DNA from: Planctomycetota bacterium
Lineage (GTDB): Bacteria; Planctomycetota; B15-G4
NCBI GenBank assembly: GCA_965248575.1
Contig: CBDFJQ010000002.1
Coordinates: 32,001 to 96,000, forward strand
DNA: 64,000 nucleotides
Direction of reading: 5' to 3'
Of the stretch, positions 48,539 through 59,151 are shown piece after piece. Below the pieces are notes generated by a model. That model saw only the letters and a program-made list of their open reading frames with translations. It had not been told where the DNA came from and searched no databases. The stretch's first letter is position 1. Each line of letters begins with the position of its first letter. The position numbers and the translations under genes are program-made.

Positions 48539-50287
48539 TCACATACGGGAGGGGACGGGGATGCCGAGCCAGCCCAAGCCATTGCAGAGGGCCTGGCGGA
48601 CGCAGTGCGCCAGCAGGATGCGCGCGTCCGTGAGTGGCTCGTCGTCCGAAAGCACCTTCCACTCACGGTTGCTGTACAGGGTGCTGAAGAGCGAAGCGAT
48701 GTCGAGCAGCTTGTCCGAAACGAGTGAGGGCTCGCAGGCCGAGATGCCGCGCTTCAGGGCCTCGGAGAGCTCGGACAGAGCGACGATCAACGCCAGCTCG
48801 CCGGGGCCATCCAGCAGCTGGTAGTCGACGTCGGCAGAGAGGGCCTGGCCGCCGCGGCTCTCGGCGAAGCGCGCCTCCATGGACGCGATGCGCGCCGCTG
48901 TGTACTGCAGGTAGGGGCCCGTCTCGCCATCGAAGGCCAGGACCTCGTCCCAAGCAAAGGTGACGTCGCGTACCCGACGGTTCTTGAGGTCGTTGAACAC
49001 GACGGCGCCGACCCCGATGCGGTGGGCCAGGTCGTCGATATCCTCGGGGATGGGACGCCCCTTGTCTTCGGCACCCTGGAGGATGGTCTGCTTGGCGCGT
49101 TCGCTGGCCTGCTCGAGCACATCGCGCAGCGGAACGATGTCGCCCTTGCGCGTGCTCATCTTGCGGTCCTTGAAGCGCATCAGACCGAAAGGCACATGCT
49201 CGATGGTGCTGTGCCATGGGCGCTCCATGAGTTCGAGCACCTTGCTCATCTGGGCGAAGTGCAGGGCTTGGGAGCCGCCCACGACGTAGAGCGAGCGCAC
49301 GAAGTCGTAGGCTTCCTTTCGGAAGCCGGCCGACGCCAGGTCGCGCGTGAGGTAGAGCGTCGACCCGTCTGCCTTGCGCACCAAGGCTGTGCCCAGGTCG
49401 TAGGGCTCCAGATCAACGACCGTCGCCCCCTCGCTCTGCTTCAGCAGGCCGCGCGCTTCCAGTTCATCCAGCACCGCGGGCATGAGGTCTTCATAGAAGC
49501 TCTCGCCACGCATGTCGTCGAACTGGATGCCCAGCATCTTGTAGACGCGCTCGAACTCATCCAGCGAGACCTTGCGGAACAGGGCCCACAGCCGTCGGGC
49601 TTCCGGGTCACCGTCTTCCAGGGACTTGAACTTCGCACGGGCACGGTCCTGCAGGCTCGGGTCCTGCTCCTTGGATTCGTTGAACTCGACATAGAGTTCG
49701 AGCAGGTAGGCGATGCCCCGCTCGCGGAGTTGCTCTTCGTCGCCCTTGTCCTCCCAGATGCTGAGCAGCTGGCCGAACTGGGTCCCCCAGTCACCGAGGT
49801 GGTTGATGCCGATGGGCTTGTAGCCCGCGGCCTCCAACATCTTGACCAGTGCATGACCGATGACCGTCGAGCGCAGGTGATGGATGCCGAAGCTCTTGGC
49901 GATGTTGGGGGAGGAGAAATCCACCGTGACCGCACGCCCCTTGCCTTCATCGAGGCAGCCGAACCCGTCCCCTTGTTCGAGCGCCTGCGGCAGCACGTCC
50001 TTCGCGACCTGCTCTCCGTCCAGGAAGACGTTCACGTAGGGGCCAGCAGCCATGACCTTCAGCATGCTGCCACCGGCGAGGGCATCTCTTTCCTCCAGCG
50101 CTGCCACCAGTTCGGCGGCGATGGCGGGCGGTGCCTGTCGACGCGTCTTGGCCAGTTGGAAGCAGGGGAACGCCAGCTGGCCCATGTCGGGGCGCGGGGG
50201 CGTGCCCATGAGCGCTTCCACCTCGTCCACCGGAAGCTCAACCAGGGGGGCCAAGGCTTCGGCAAAGGGTCGGGCAAAACGGCTCAT
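48539..50287 (-). CDS. argS: arginine--tRNA ligase
   Basis: DFSSPNIAK, HLRST, NHLGDWGTQFG, KMSTRKG, GETGPYLQY. Confidence 0.97.
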   Translation of the reverse strand: MSRFARPFAEALAPLVELPVDEVEALMGTPPRPDMGQLAFPCFQLAKTRRQAPPAIAAELVAALEERDALAGGSMLKVMAAGPYVNVFLDGEQVAKDVLPQALEQGDGFGCLDEGKGRAVTVDFSSPNIAKSFGIHHLRSTVIGHALVKMLEAAGYKPIGINHLGDWGTQFGQLLSIWEDKGDEEQLRERGIAYLLELYVEFNESKEQDPSLQDRARAKFKSLEDGDPEARRLWALFRKVSLDEFERVYKMLGIQFDDMRGESFYEDLMPAVLDELEARGLLKQSEGATVVDLEPYDLGTALVRKADGSTLYLTRDLASAGFRKEAYDFVRSLYVVGGSQALHFAQMSKVLELMERPWHSTIEHVPFGLMRFKDRKMSTRKGDIVPLRDVLEQASERAKQTILQGAEDKGRPIPEDIDDLAHRIGVGAVVFNDLKNRRVRDVTFAWDEVLAFDGETGPYLQYTAARIASMEARFAESRGGQALSADVDYQLLDGPGELALIVALSELSEALKRGISACEPSLVSDKLLDIASLFSTLYSNREWKVLSDDEPLTDARILLAHCVRQALCNGLGWLGIPVPSRM

Positions 50288-50328
50288 GACGAGGTTCCGG
50301 TGGGCGTACGAAAGACGGGCCGGGCATC

Positions 50329-51786
50329 CTAGCGACCGGGCGTGACGTCTTGCGAGGGCAGGAGTTGCAGCAGTCGCTGGCCCGCATCGCGCAGCTGCCC
50401 GTCAGGCCGTTGCAGGCCCAGGGTGCGCCCGCGGTCATGCCAACTGTCGATCAGAACGGCCTCGATGGCAGCGTCCGCGGCGGCCCGTTGCAGGCAGCCC
50501 TCCAGGAATCGTTCTTGGGCCCGCTCGCCCACAGCCAGCGGCGAGCAACCCGCAGCGAGGATCCACCAGCGGGGCGGTTGCTCCAGGCTTGCCCTCCACT
50601 GGCGCCAGGTCTCCAGCACCACATCCGCCAACTTGGCTCCTCGTTGCTCGGGATGCTCGCTGTTGTCGCCGCCAGGTTCGAGGCGCGGGCCCATGATGTC
50701 CACGAGCGGTGCCAGGCTGTGGAAGAGCTCCCGGCTCCGTTCGCCGTGCCCCCTGAGTCGGATGGCAATGGCCGTTTCCGGGCTGACCTCCCGGATGCGG
50801 GTGCTCGCCGCCGTCACGCGCCGTTCCCAGTCCTGCGACAGGGCCTGGCCCCCAAAGTAGAGCGTGGCCTCGGCGTCGGGCTCCGGAAACGGCAGCATGA
50901 CCTGGGGCCGGAGCCGTGCGGCCAAGCGCACCGCACCGTCCACGAACACACGTTCGCAGTCGTCGGGCGACGGGCAGGAGAAGTGCCAGGAATCCGGGGC
51001 ACGCAGTTGAACCACCAGCGGCCGCTGCTCGTCTCCGGGAAGCCCCTCGCCGTCGTGGTCGGCGGGCAAGACCCAGACCGCCAGGCGTCCGGGTGCGTCG
51101 GAGACAGGCAGGTCCCGCTGCGGGCGGGTCATGACGCCCAAGGCGACCCGGGCGGGGAGCCGACCTTCGACCCGCGCCTCATCCGAGAACGTGTACAAAA
51201 CGCGTTCGGCCGAGCTGTGGAAGGCCACCAGCAACACGGCACCGAAGGCGGCGAGACTGGCGGGCGGCAGCGCTCCCAGCACTCCCAGCAGGCTTCGGGG
51301 TTCTGCCCGCCGAAGCAGGAAGGGCAGGTGCCAACACAAGGTCCAGCTCTGCGCGAAGGGTGAGCCCAGCAAGACCTGCAGGACGGAGTAGTCGTAGAGC
51401 AGCACCTCTGACGAGTGGTCCAGCAGGACCCCCGAGAGGGAGAGGTCGGCCACGGCCAGGGCTCCTCCCACCCCAAGATTGAAGAACAGGAAAGGCACGT
51501 CCGTGAGCCGGAGCTTGCGGTGCATGAGCACGTGCACGTTCTGGATCAGCGCCGCCAGGAAGCTGAGAGGAAAGAGATGGCGGACCAGATCACCGGTCAC
51601 CCAGGCGGCACCTTGCGGAACCAGGCGATCCCGCACGAGAACGGCCGTCAGAAGGAGGAGCAGGGGGATCCACAGCCAGCGGGACCACGGCCGTCGTTGC
51701 TCCTCAGCTCGTCGACCCAGGGCCGCGAGGTTCCAGGTCAGGGCGATGGCCAGATAGACCAGGAAGACGAGGTGTGCTGTGAACAC
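50329..51786 (-). CDS. hypothetical protein: multi-TM N-terminus plus possible degenerate glycoside-hydrolase-like barrel
   Basis: About 6 TM helices; C-terminal W.D....LGL...DG..R.A resembles the ends of GH clan A barrels. Confidence 0.6.
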   Translation of the reverse strand: MFTAHLVFLVYLAIALTWNLAALGRRAEEQRRPWSRWLWIPLLLLLTAVLVRDRLVPQGAAWVTGDLVRHLFPLSFLAALIQNVHVLMHRKLRLTDVPFLFFNLGVGGALAVADLSLSGVLLDHSSEVLLYDYSVLQVLLGSPFAQSWTLCWHLPFLLRRAEPRSLLGVLGALPPASLAAFGAVLLVAFHSSAERVLYTFSDEARVEGRLPARVALGVMTRPQRDLPVSDAPGRLAVWVLPADHDGEGLPGDEQRPLVVQLRAPDSWHFSCPSPDDCERVFVDGAVRLAARLRPQVMLPFPEPDAEATLYFGGQALSQDWERRVTAASTRIREVSPETAIAIRLRGHGERSRELFHSLAPLVDIMGPRLEPGGDNSEHPEQRGAKLADVVLETWRQWRASLEQPPRWWILAAGCSPLAVGERAQERFLEGCLQRAAADAAIEAVLIDSWHDRGRTLGLQRPDGQLRDAGQRLLQLLPSQDVTPGR

Positions 51787-51797
51787 GGGGTGGGTGC

Positions 51798-52241
51798 TCA
51801 GCCGTTGGGAGGGACGTGGCCGGGGATGGCCAGCAGGGCGTCGAACGCCAGGTCGCGCACCTGCCCGTAGGTCAGCAGCTCATAGAGCTCGTGACGCCCG
51901 GCCCACGTGAGCTCCGAATGCTCCGGGCTCAGGAGGGGCTCCGCCTGCGGGGCGCAGGCCAGGAAGTACGAGACACGCTTGAGGCGTCCGTTGTCCTCGG
52001 TGCCTTGCACCCGGTACTCGATGCAGCGCCGGAAGTTGGGGTGCAGGCTCAGGGCAGCGTAGCCGGTCTCCTCGTGCACCTCCCGAAAGGCCGTGACCAG
52101 TTCGTGGGCGTCCGCGGGATCCCGCCTGCCCTTGGGGAAGCCCCAGTGCCCGTTGTCTGCGTTGCGCAGCAGGAGCAGCCGGGGGTCGCCGGAAGCCGTG
52201 GGCGGGCGATAAAGAATGATGCCGCTGGCAAGGACGGTCAT
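51798..52241 (-). CDS. NUDIX hydrolase, Ap4A-hydrolase-like
   Basis: HWGFPKG, Nudix box AFREVHEETG, LSPEH. Confidence 0.88.
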   Translation of the reverse strand: MTVLASGIILYRPPTASGDPRLLLLRNADNGHWGFPKGRRDPADAHELVTAFREVHEETGYAALSLHPNFRRCIEYRVQGTEDNGRLKRVSYFLACAPQAEPLLSPEHSELTWAGRHELYELLTYGQVRDLAFDALLAIPGHVPPNG

Positions 52242-52399
52242 GGAGAGGGCTCGGACGACTCGGATGACAAGGGGGGGCGTGCCGCTGGGGGCGCGCCAGC
52301 AGGGCCGATGACCAGCGCGCAGCAGATGATAGGATCCGCGCCAAGATGCCTTCCAGCACTGCCCAGACCGACTCCTGTCTGCCAAGACACTCGGCCCCC

Positions 52400-53239
52400 A
52401 TGGCCAGCAGCCCCGGGCGCGTCGTTCGCAACGAACGGATCCCCAGCGGCTGCCACGTCCTTGAGATGCACGTGGAGGCTGGCTTTCCGCTGCCGCTCGC
52501 AGGGCAGTTCGCCATGCTCAGCACCGAGGCGCCCGGATTCCCGATGTTGCCGCGGCCCTTCAGTCTCTTGGGGGCTCGGCTGGCGACTGCTGCTGAGGCA
52601 GCGCTAGGGCACGGGCCACTGCTTTCCTTCCTCATCATGCCAGTGGGAGCGGGCTCGGCCAGCTTGTGCTCCCTGGCGGTCGGTGAGAGTTGTCAGGTGG
52701 TGGGGCCCATGGGCCATGGCTTGGACGAGGGCCTGCCCAACGGCGCCCTGGTCAGCGTGGCAGGCGGCTATGGCGTGGCGCCCTTCCTCTTCTTGGCTGA
52801 GACCTGGCAGGAGGCGGAGGATGCCCGCCTCAAGCAGTTCTCGGTGGTGTTCGGCGCGCGGGATGCCGGGCGCCTGAGCCTCGCCGATCGCTTGGAGTCC
52901 ACGGGCTGTCGTGTCGAGCTTTGCACCGAGGACGGGAGCCGAGGCTTCCAGGGGCGAGTGGATGCGCGATTGAAGAGCCTCCTGGCTGATGGTTCCCACG
53001 CCGGAGTGCTCACGTGTGGGCCGGACCCGATGATGGAGGCTGTGGGCGCCGTGGCTCGCGCCGCGGGTGTGCCCTGCCGGGCATCGCTCGAATCCGTCAT
53101 GGGCTGCGGATACGCCGTGTGCAACGGCTGTGCCGTGGGCGTCAGCGACGCCGCGGACCCCGACGGCTACACTTATGAGCTCGCGTGCCGCGAAGGCACG
53201 ATTTTCGACGAGGCAAGGCTGCATTGGAACCTGCTCTAA
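52400..53239 (+). CDS. pyrK: dihydroorotate dehydrogenase electron-transfer subunit-like (FAD, 2Fe-2S)
   Basis: GQF, RPFS, GPMG.G, AGGYGVAP, CGP, MGCGYAVCNGC...C.EG..F. Confidence 0.85.
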   Translation: MASSPGRVVRNERIPSGCHVLEMHVEAGFPLPLAGQFAMLSTEAPGFPMLPRPFSLLGARLATAAEAALGHGPLLSFLIMPVGAGSASLCSLAVGESCQVVGPMGHGLDEGLPNGALVSVAGGYGVAPFLFLAETWQEAEDARLKQFSVVFGARDAGRLSLADRLESTGCRVELCTEDGSRGFQGRVDARLKSLLADGSHAGVLTCGPDPMMEAVGAVARAAGVPCRASLESVMGCGYAVCNGCAVGVSDAADPDGYTYELACREGTIFDEARLHWNLL

Positions 53240-53769
53240 CTCGAGGCGACCGGCTCACGGAGTATGCCGAGGCGATTCGCTTCGGCGTTGAGTCGGTGGG
53301 TCTCGACACACAAGCCGAGTGCGTGGCGCAGCTGCTGGAAGCCAAGCAGATCGTCGTGGCCGGGCGCGGTCGCTCGGGAATGATGGCGGCAGCCTTCGCT
53401 CGCCGCCTGGGGCAGATGGGATTGCACGCCTGGGGTCTCGACGACACCACGGTGCCCCGGCTGGGTGTCGGCGATGTGCTGGTGGCGGTCACTGGTAGCG
53501 GCACGACGCCGACGGTTCTGAGCTTGATGCACACGGCGCGCCGTGGCGGCGCCACGGTCCTGCTGGTCACCCGCAAGCCGGCCCGGGACCCGCGGGTGGC
53601 GGACGTCTTGGTGGAGCTTGGCCCGCTGCAGAAGGCGAGCGCCTACCCGCTGGGGACTCTGTTCGAAGTGACGGCCCTGGCCTTCCTGGATCTGGTCGTG
53701 GTGGACCTCATCGAGGCCTTGGGGACCACCGAGTCGGACCTGGGCGCTCGCCACACGAATCTCGAGTGA
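53224..53769 (+). CDS. SIS-domain 6-phospho-3-hexuloisomerase-like protein
   Basis: G.GRSG, FARRL, GSGTT, PLGTLFE, C-terminal RHTNLE. Start uncertain. Confidence 0.8.
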   Translation: MEPALTRGDRLTEYAEAIRFGVESVGLDTQAECVAQLLEAKQIVVAGRGRSGMMAAAFARRLGQMGLHAWGLDDTTVPRLGVGDVLVAVTGSGTTPTVLSLMHTARRGGATVLLVTRKPARDPRVADVLVELGPLQKASAYPLGTLFEVTALAFLDLVVVDLIEALGTTESDLGARHTNLE

Positions 53770-54728
53770 GCGCGAGCCCTCTGAAGGATGCGTCCGGGGG
53801 GAAGTTCTCCAAGTCGCCACGGCGCTATTCGGCCGCGGCCCTGCGTGCGATGGACCTCCTGCGGTGGGTGGGGACCCACCTCTGGCCCGGCCGGGCGCTC
53901 TATGGATGGTGGCTCGCGCGCGGGGCCACCGAGTGTACCCACGAGGACATCCCGGTCGCGGGCTTGCCCCGGGCGCTGGACGGCTTGCGCATCGTGCAGC
54001 TCAGCGATTTCCACGCCGGGCCCTTTCTGGATCGGGGGAGCATGGAGCCCGTCCTGGATCTCGTGCGCGCCTGCCAGGCCGACCTGCTGGTCCTGACGGG
54101 GGACTTCATCACCGACAACGCCGACGACCGGCACAAGCTGGGCCAGATCTTCGCCCAGATGCCCGCCACCCTGGGTAAGTTCGCTGTCTTCGGCAACCAC
54201 GACTACCGACAGCGCCGCGAGGGTGAGCTGGGGGCGTGGCTGAGGCGGCAGGGTGTGCAGGTCCTGCGTAATGCGTCCGCCCGGGTCGAACGGGCGGGTG
54301 CCTCCCTGCTCGTGGCGGGCCTGGAAGATATCGAGGAAGGCCGACGTGTGGATCTCGAGGCCGCGCTGGGATCCTCCCCGGCCGAGCTGCCGACGCTCTT
54401 GCTTTGTCATCACCCGGACGTGGCTGATCTGCTTCCGCCAGGGGCCTTCGATCTTGTGCTGTGTGGGCACACCCATGGGGGGCAGGTGGTGCTCCCCGTG
54501 CTCGGTGCCGTGGGCCGCAAGACACCCGTCGCACGGCTGCGGGGGACCTCGGCCCTGCCCGGCAAGCGGGGCTTCCTACACGTCAATCGCGGGCTGGGCG
54601 TCCTGGTCCTGCCCTTCAGGCTGGGGGCTCGGCCGCAGGTCAGCTGCTTGAGCTTGCGCCGGGTGCGGCACCCAGGCCTCCGGAGCGGTCCCAAGTCGGG
54701 GGCTATTCCCGAGGGCGATCGAGGCTGA
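53766..54728 (+). CDS. calcineurin-like metallophosphoesterase (YkuE/YaeI type)
   Basis: SDFH, TGDF, GNHD, HHPD, GHTHGGQ. Confidence 0.9.
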   Translation: MSASPLKDASGGKFSKSPRRYSAAALRAMDLLRWVGTHLWPGRALYGWWLARGATECTHEDIPVAGLPRALDGLRIVQLSDFHAGPFLDRGSMEPVLDLVRACQADLLVLTGDFITDNADDRHKLGQIFAQMPATLGKFAVFGNHDYRQRREGELGAWLRRQGVQVLRNASARVERAGASLLVAGLEDIEEGRRVDLEAALGSSPAELPTLLLCHHPDVADLLPPGAFDLVLCGHTHGGQVVLPVLGAVGRKTPVARLRGTSALPGKRGFLHVNRGLGVLVLPFRLGARPQVSCLSLRRVRHPGLRSGPKSGAIPEGDRG

Positions 54729-54873
54729 GCGCTTCCGCCAGCTTGGGCCTTTGCGATACACTCGCCCTCCTTTTGCAGGGCCGCCAAGATGCCTTTGCGG
54801 GAGCCCAGGAGGGCAGAGATCCCGCGTGGTGGGTGGCTCTTGTGGACTCGAATCCGAGAGCGAAGCAGATCTC

Positions 54874-56067
54874 ATGACTGACTCCCCGAACGACGTCGTC
54901 ATCGCCAGCGCGGTGCGGACTCCCATTGGCAAATTCCAAGGCTCACTGGCCGGCTTCACGGCGCCGCAGCTGGGTGCCGTGGCTGCGGCTGCTGCCATCG
55001 AGCGGGCCGGTCTGAAGCCCGACTCCATCGACGAGACGATCATGGGCAACGTGCTCGGGTGCGGCCTGGGTCAGGCCCCCGCGCGTCAGGTCTCACGGGC
55101 CGTGGGCATTCCCGATCACACGTCAGCGCTGACCATCAACAAGGTGTGTGGCTCCGGCTTGAAGGCCGTGATGCTCGCGGCGCAAGCCATCAAGTGCGGC
55201 GACTCGAGGGTCGTGCTGGCCGGTGGCATGGAGAGCATGTCGAAGGCGCCCTACTACATTCCTAAGGCCCGCGATGGCATGCGGCTCGGCCACGCCAAGA
55301 TCATCGACAGCATGATCCACGATGGCCTGTGGGACCCCTACTACGACATGCACATGGGCATGACGGGCGAGGCGGTGTGCCAGGAGTACGACGTCACGCG
55401 CGAGCAGCAGGACGAGTTTGCTGCGCAGAGCCATGCGCGTGCGCTGGCAGCCACCCAGTCGGGTGCGTTCAAGGACGAGATCGCACCGGTAGACATCAAG
55501 CCCCGGCGCGGTGACCCGTGGCAGTTCGATACGGACGAAGGGCCGCGCGAAGGACTCAGCGCTGCGGACCTCGGCAAGATGCGCCCGGCCTTCGACAAGG
55601 AAGGTTCCGTGACGGCGGGCAACGCCAGCAGCATCAACGACGGCGCCGCCGCCACCGTGGTCATGAGCGCGGCGACGGCCAAGGAGTTGGGCGTCAAGCC
55701 GTTGGCCAGGATCACGGGCTACGCCTCCGGCGGCACGGACCCCAAGTGGGTCATGATGGCGCCCATGGAGGCCGTGAAGAACCTGAGCGCCAAGACGGGC
55801 ACCGACGTGAAGAGCTATGACCTCATCGAGTTGAACGAAGCCTTCGCGAGCCAGTGCGTCGCCGTTGGAAAGCTGTGGGGTACAGACCCTGAGCGCTTCA
55901 ACGTGAATGGCGGCGGCGTCGCCCTTGGGCACCCCATCGGGGCCTCGGGCACGCGCGTACTCACCACGCTCATCTGGGCCTTGAAGAACCGCGGCAAGAA
56001 GACGGGCATGGCGACGCTCTGCCTGGGCGGCGGCGGTGCCGTGGCCATGAGCGTGGAGGTCCTCTGA
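54874..56067 (+). CDS. acetyl-CoA C-acetyltransferase (thiolase)
   Basis: [26 protein letters not shown]. Confidence 0.96.
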   Translation: MTDSPNDVVIASAVRTPIGKFQGSLAGFTAPQLGAVAAAAAIERAGLKPDSIDETIMGNVLGCGLGQAPARQVSRAVGIPDHTSALTINKVCGSGLKAVMLAAQAIKCGDSRVVLAGGMESMSKAPYYIPKARDGMRLGHAKIIDSMIHDGLWDPYYDMHMGMTGEAVCQEYDVTREQQDEFAAQSHARALAATQSGAFKDEIAPVDIKPRRGDPWQFDTDEGPREGLSAADLGKMRPAFDKEGSVTAGNASSINDGAAATVVMSAATAKELGVKPLARITGYASGGTDPKWVMMAPMEAVKNLSAKTGTDVKSYDLIELNEAFASQCVAVGKLWGTDPERFNVNGGGVALGHPIGASGTRVLTTLIWALKNRGKKTGMATLCLGGGGAVAMSVEVL

Positions 56068-56069
56068 AC

Positions 56070-56921
56070 ATGGGCATCTCGAACATCGCGGTCATCGGCT
56101 GCGGAACCATGGGCAACGGGATTGCCCAGGTGTGCGCGGCGTCCGGCAAGCAGGTGCGGCTCGTGGACCTCAGCCAGGATGCACTCGATGCGGCCCTGGC
56201 GGGCATCGAGAAGAGCCTGGGGCGCTTGGTGAAAAAGGAGAAGATCGCCGCCTCTGACGTGGCCGACATCCTTGGACGCATCCAGACCACCACCTCGCTG
56301 GAGGATTGCGCCGACGCGCATCTGGTGGTGGAGGCGGTCAGCGAGAACGTGGCTGTGAAGACCAAGATCTTCGCGGAACTGGATCGCATCACTCCCGCCG
56401 AATCCATCCTGGCCTCGAACACGTCCTCCATTTCCATCACCCAGTTGGCTGCCGCGACATCGCGCCCGAGCCAGGTGATCGGAATGCACTTCATGAATCC
56501 GGTGCCGGTCATGAAGCTCGTGGAAGTGGTGCGCGGGCTGGACACGAGCGATTCCACCACGGAGGCGGTGAACGCCCTGTCCGCAGAGCTCGGCAAGACG
56601 GCCGTGCCGGCCAACGACTTCCCCGGCTTCGTCAGCAACCGCATCTTGATGCCCATGATCAATGAGGCCATCACCTGCCTCATGGAAGGCGTGGCTTCAC
56701 GCGAGTCCATCGACGACATCATGAAGTTGGGGATGGCGCATCCCATGGGCCCGCTGGCGCTCGGCGACCTCGTCGGTCTGGATGTCTGCCTCAGCATCAT
56801 GGAAGTGCTTCACCGGGACCTGGGTGACAGCAAGTACCGGCCCTGCCCGTTGCTGCGCAAGATGGTCGCGGCGGGGCACCTCGGCCGGAAGACGGGCCGC
56901 GGCTTCTACGAGTACTCCTGA
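56070..56921 (+). CDS. hbd: 3-hydroxybutyryl-CoA dehydrogenase
   Basis: [35 protein letters not shown]. Confidence 0.93.
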   Translation: MGISNIAVIGCGTMGNGIAQVCAASGKQVRLVDLSQDALDAALAGIEKSLGRLVKKEKIAASDVADILGRIQTTTSLEDCADAHLVVEAVSENVAVKTKIFAELDRITPAESILASNTSSISITQLAAATSRPSQVIGMHFMNPVPVMKLVEVVRGLDTSDSTTEAVNALSAELGKTAVPANDFPGFVSNRILMPMINEAITCLMEGVASRESIDDIMKLGMAHPMGPLALGDLVGLDVCLSIMEVLHRDLGDSKYRPCPLLRKMVAAGHLGRKTGRGFYEYS

Positions 56922-56983
56922 GACCTCACGCCCCAAGCTTCACGACCGCCGACCTTTCAACGGCCACACCTCACGGATTACCC

Positions 56984-58111
56984 ATGGACTTTCAGCTCAC
57001 CGAGGAACAGCAGCTCATCCGGCAGACTGCACGGGAGTTTGCGGATCAAGAGGTGGCACCGACCGCGAAGGCGCGCGATCGTGAACACCGCTTCCCTCGG
57101 GAGGAACTGCGCAAGGCGGCGGAACTCGGCTTCATGGGGATGCTGGTGCCCGAGGCCTACGGTGGCAGCGAGCTGGGGACCTTGGCCACGATCATGGTGA
57201 TCGAAGAAGTGAGTCGCGCCTGCGCTTCCACGGGCGTGACCCTCAGCGTTCACAACAGCCTGGTCACCAGCCCCCTGACGAAGTTCGGTAGCGAGGAGCA
57301 GAAGCAAGAGTGGCTGCCGCGCCTGGCCACGGGGGAGTTGCTGGGGGGCTACGCGCTGTCTGAAGCCAATGCCGGTTCGGATGCTGCGGCCCTCAGCTGC
57401 CGTGCCACGCGCGATGGAGACGAATGGGTCCTCAATGGTCCCAAGCTCTGGATCACCAGCGGCAATGAGGCGGACCTGATCATCGTGTTCGCCCGCGCCG
57501 AGGAGGGCGTGACGGCCTTCCTGGTCGAGACCCGCTTGCCTGGTTTCAGCGTGGGCAAGGTGGAAGAGAAGCTGGGCGTGCGTAGCAGCCCCACCGTCGA
57601 GATCGTGCTGGACAACTTCCGGTTGCCGGCCAACCGCTTGCTGGGCACTGCCGGCGAGGGCTTGAAGATCGCCTTCTCGACTTTGGATGGGGGGCGCATC
57701 GGGATCTGCGCCCAGAGCCTCGGCATCGCCCAGGCGAGCTTGGACGCCAGCGTGAAGTACGCCCAGGAGAGGGAGCAGTTCAACCGGCCCTTGAAGTCCT
57801 TCCAAGCCATCCAATGGAAGGTGGCTGACATGGCCGCCGGCATCGAGGGCGCGAGACTCATGGCGCACAAGGCGGCGTGGCTGCGTGACCACGGCATGCC
57901 CCACACACGAGAGGCGGCCCAGGCCAAGCTGATGTGCTCACGCCTGGCGAACAAGGCCGCCGACGAGGCTGTGCAGATCCACGGTGGAGCCGGGTACACG
58001 ACCGAGTTCCCCGTCTCGCGCTACTTCCGGGATGCGCGGGTGACCGAGATCTACGAGGGCACGACCGAAGTGCAACGCATCGTGATCGCGCGCGAGATCA
58101 TGGGGCGATGA
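56984..58111 (+). CDS. acyl-CoA dehydrogenase (short/branched-chain type)
   Basis: ALSEANAGSD, K.WITS, REQF, IHGG.GY, IYEGT. Confidence 0.95.
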   Translation: MDFQLTEEQQLIRQTAREFADQEVAPTAKARDREHRFPREELRKAAELGFMGMLVPEAYGGSELGTLATIMVIEEVSRACASTGVTLSVHNSLVTSPLTKFGSEEQKQEWLPRLATGELLGGYALSEANAGSDAAALSCRATRDGDEWVLNGPKLWITSGNEADLIIVFARAEEGVTAFLVETRLPGFSVGKVEEKLGVRSSPTVEIVLDNFRLPANRLLGTAGEGLKIAFSTLDGGRIGICAQSLGIAQASLDASVKYAQEREQFNRPLKSFQAIQWKVADMAAGIEGARLMAHKAAWLRDHGMPHTREAAQAKLMCSRLANKAADEAVQIHGGAGYTTEFPVSRYFRDARVTEIYEGTTEVQRIVIAREIMGR

Positions 58112-59151
58112 CGGAGGTTTCCCCAGTGGCAGAGGCGAAGTCTGTGCACGGGGCCGAGCTCCATGCCGAGAAAGACCTCGTGAGCCGCGTCGCCGCTGGC
58201 GAGCAGCGCGCCTGCGCACGCCTCATGACCTGGGCCGAGCGCAACGACCCGCGCTACGCCGTCGCTCACCGCGAGTTCTGCGGCGGCCTGGGGGCGGCTC
58301 AACGCATCGGTGTCACGGGTCCACCGGGCGCCGGCAAGAGCACCCTGGTCGAAGCGCTCGCCTCTCATTGGCGCGAGACAGAGGATCGCAAGATCGGCAT
58401 CGTCGCCGTGGACCCCACGAGCCCCTTCACGGGCGGCGCCCTGCTGGGGGATCGGGTGCGCATGTCGCGCCTGGTGCTCGACAACGCTGTGTTCATCCGT
58501 TCCATGGCGACTCGGGGCGTGTTTGGCGGCCTGGCGCGGGCGACAGACGATGTGGCCGATGTGCTCGACCTCTATGGTCGGCAAACGGTCATGGTCGAGA
58601 CGGTGGGCGTCGGGCAGAGCGAGGTGGACATCGCTCGCAGCTGTGACCTCACCTTGGTTGTGCTGCACCCAGGTGGTGGCGACACGATCCAGGCCATGAA
58701 GGCGGGCCTGATGGAAGTGGCGGATATCTACGTAGTGAACAAGGCCGATATGCCGGGCGTGGATCGCCTCGTGCAAGAGCTCTATGACGTGCTCGACCTG
58801 CGCGAGATTCCCATGGAGGAACGGCCTCCGATCCTGAGCACCGTCGCCAGCAAGGGCAGCGGAGTCCCGGAGCTGGCCACAGTGATCGACGAGATGGTCG
58901 CCGCACGGAAAAGCTCGGGGATTCTGGCTGAACGGCGAAGCGAGAACCTGGAGCGCCGAATCCGGCGTTTGGTGGACGGCCGCTTGCGGCGAGACGTCTG
59001 GGAAACGCGCGGGTTGAGCGAGCTGCTTCACCGTCGTTTGGCCAAGAGCGTTAGGCTGTCGGCATACGAACTGGCAGATGAGATTCTGGACCTCTATCAG
59101 GGTGCGGAGCTGGATTCCGGCCCCGACAAGGACACGGAGCAGAGCCCATGA
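58108..59151 (+). CDS. meaB: MeaB/ArgK G-protein chaperone for B12 mutase
   Basis: GPPGAGKST, VDPTSPFTGGALLGDRVRM, ETVGVGQSE, NKAD. Confidence 0.95.
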   Translation: MTEVSPVAEAKSVHGAELHAEKDLVSRVAAGEQRACARLMTWAERNDPRYAVAHREFCGGLGAAQRIGVTGPPGAGKSTLVEALASHWRETEDRKIGIVAVDPTSPFTGGALLGDRVRMSRLVLDNAVFIRSMATRGVFGGLARATDDVADVLDLYGRQTVMVETVGVGQSEVDIARSCDLTLVVLHPGGGDTIQAMKAGLMEVADIYVVNKADMPGVDRLVQELYDVLDLREIPMEERPPILSTVASKGSGVPELATVIDEMVAARKSSGILAERRSENLERRIRRLVDGRLRRDVWETRGLSELLHRRLAKSVRLSAYELADEILDLYQGAELDSGPDKDTEQSP

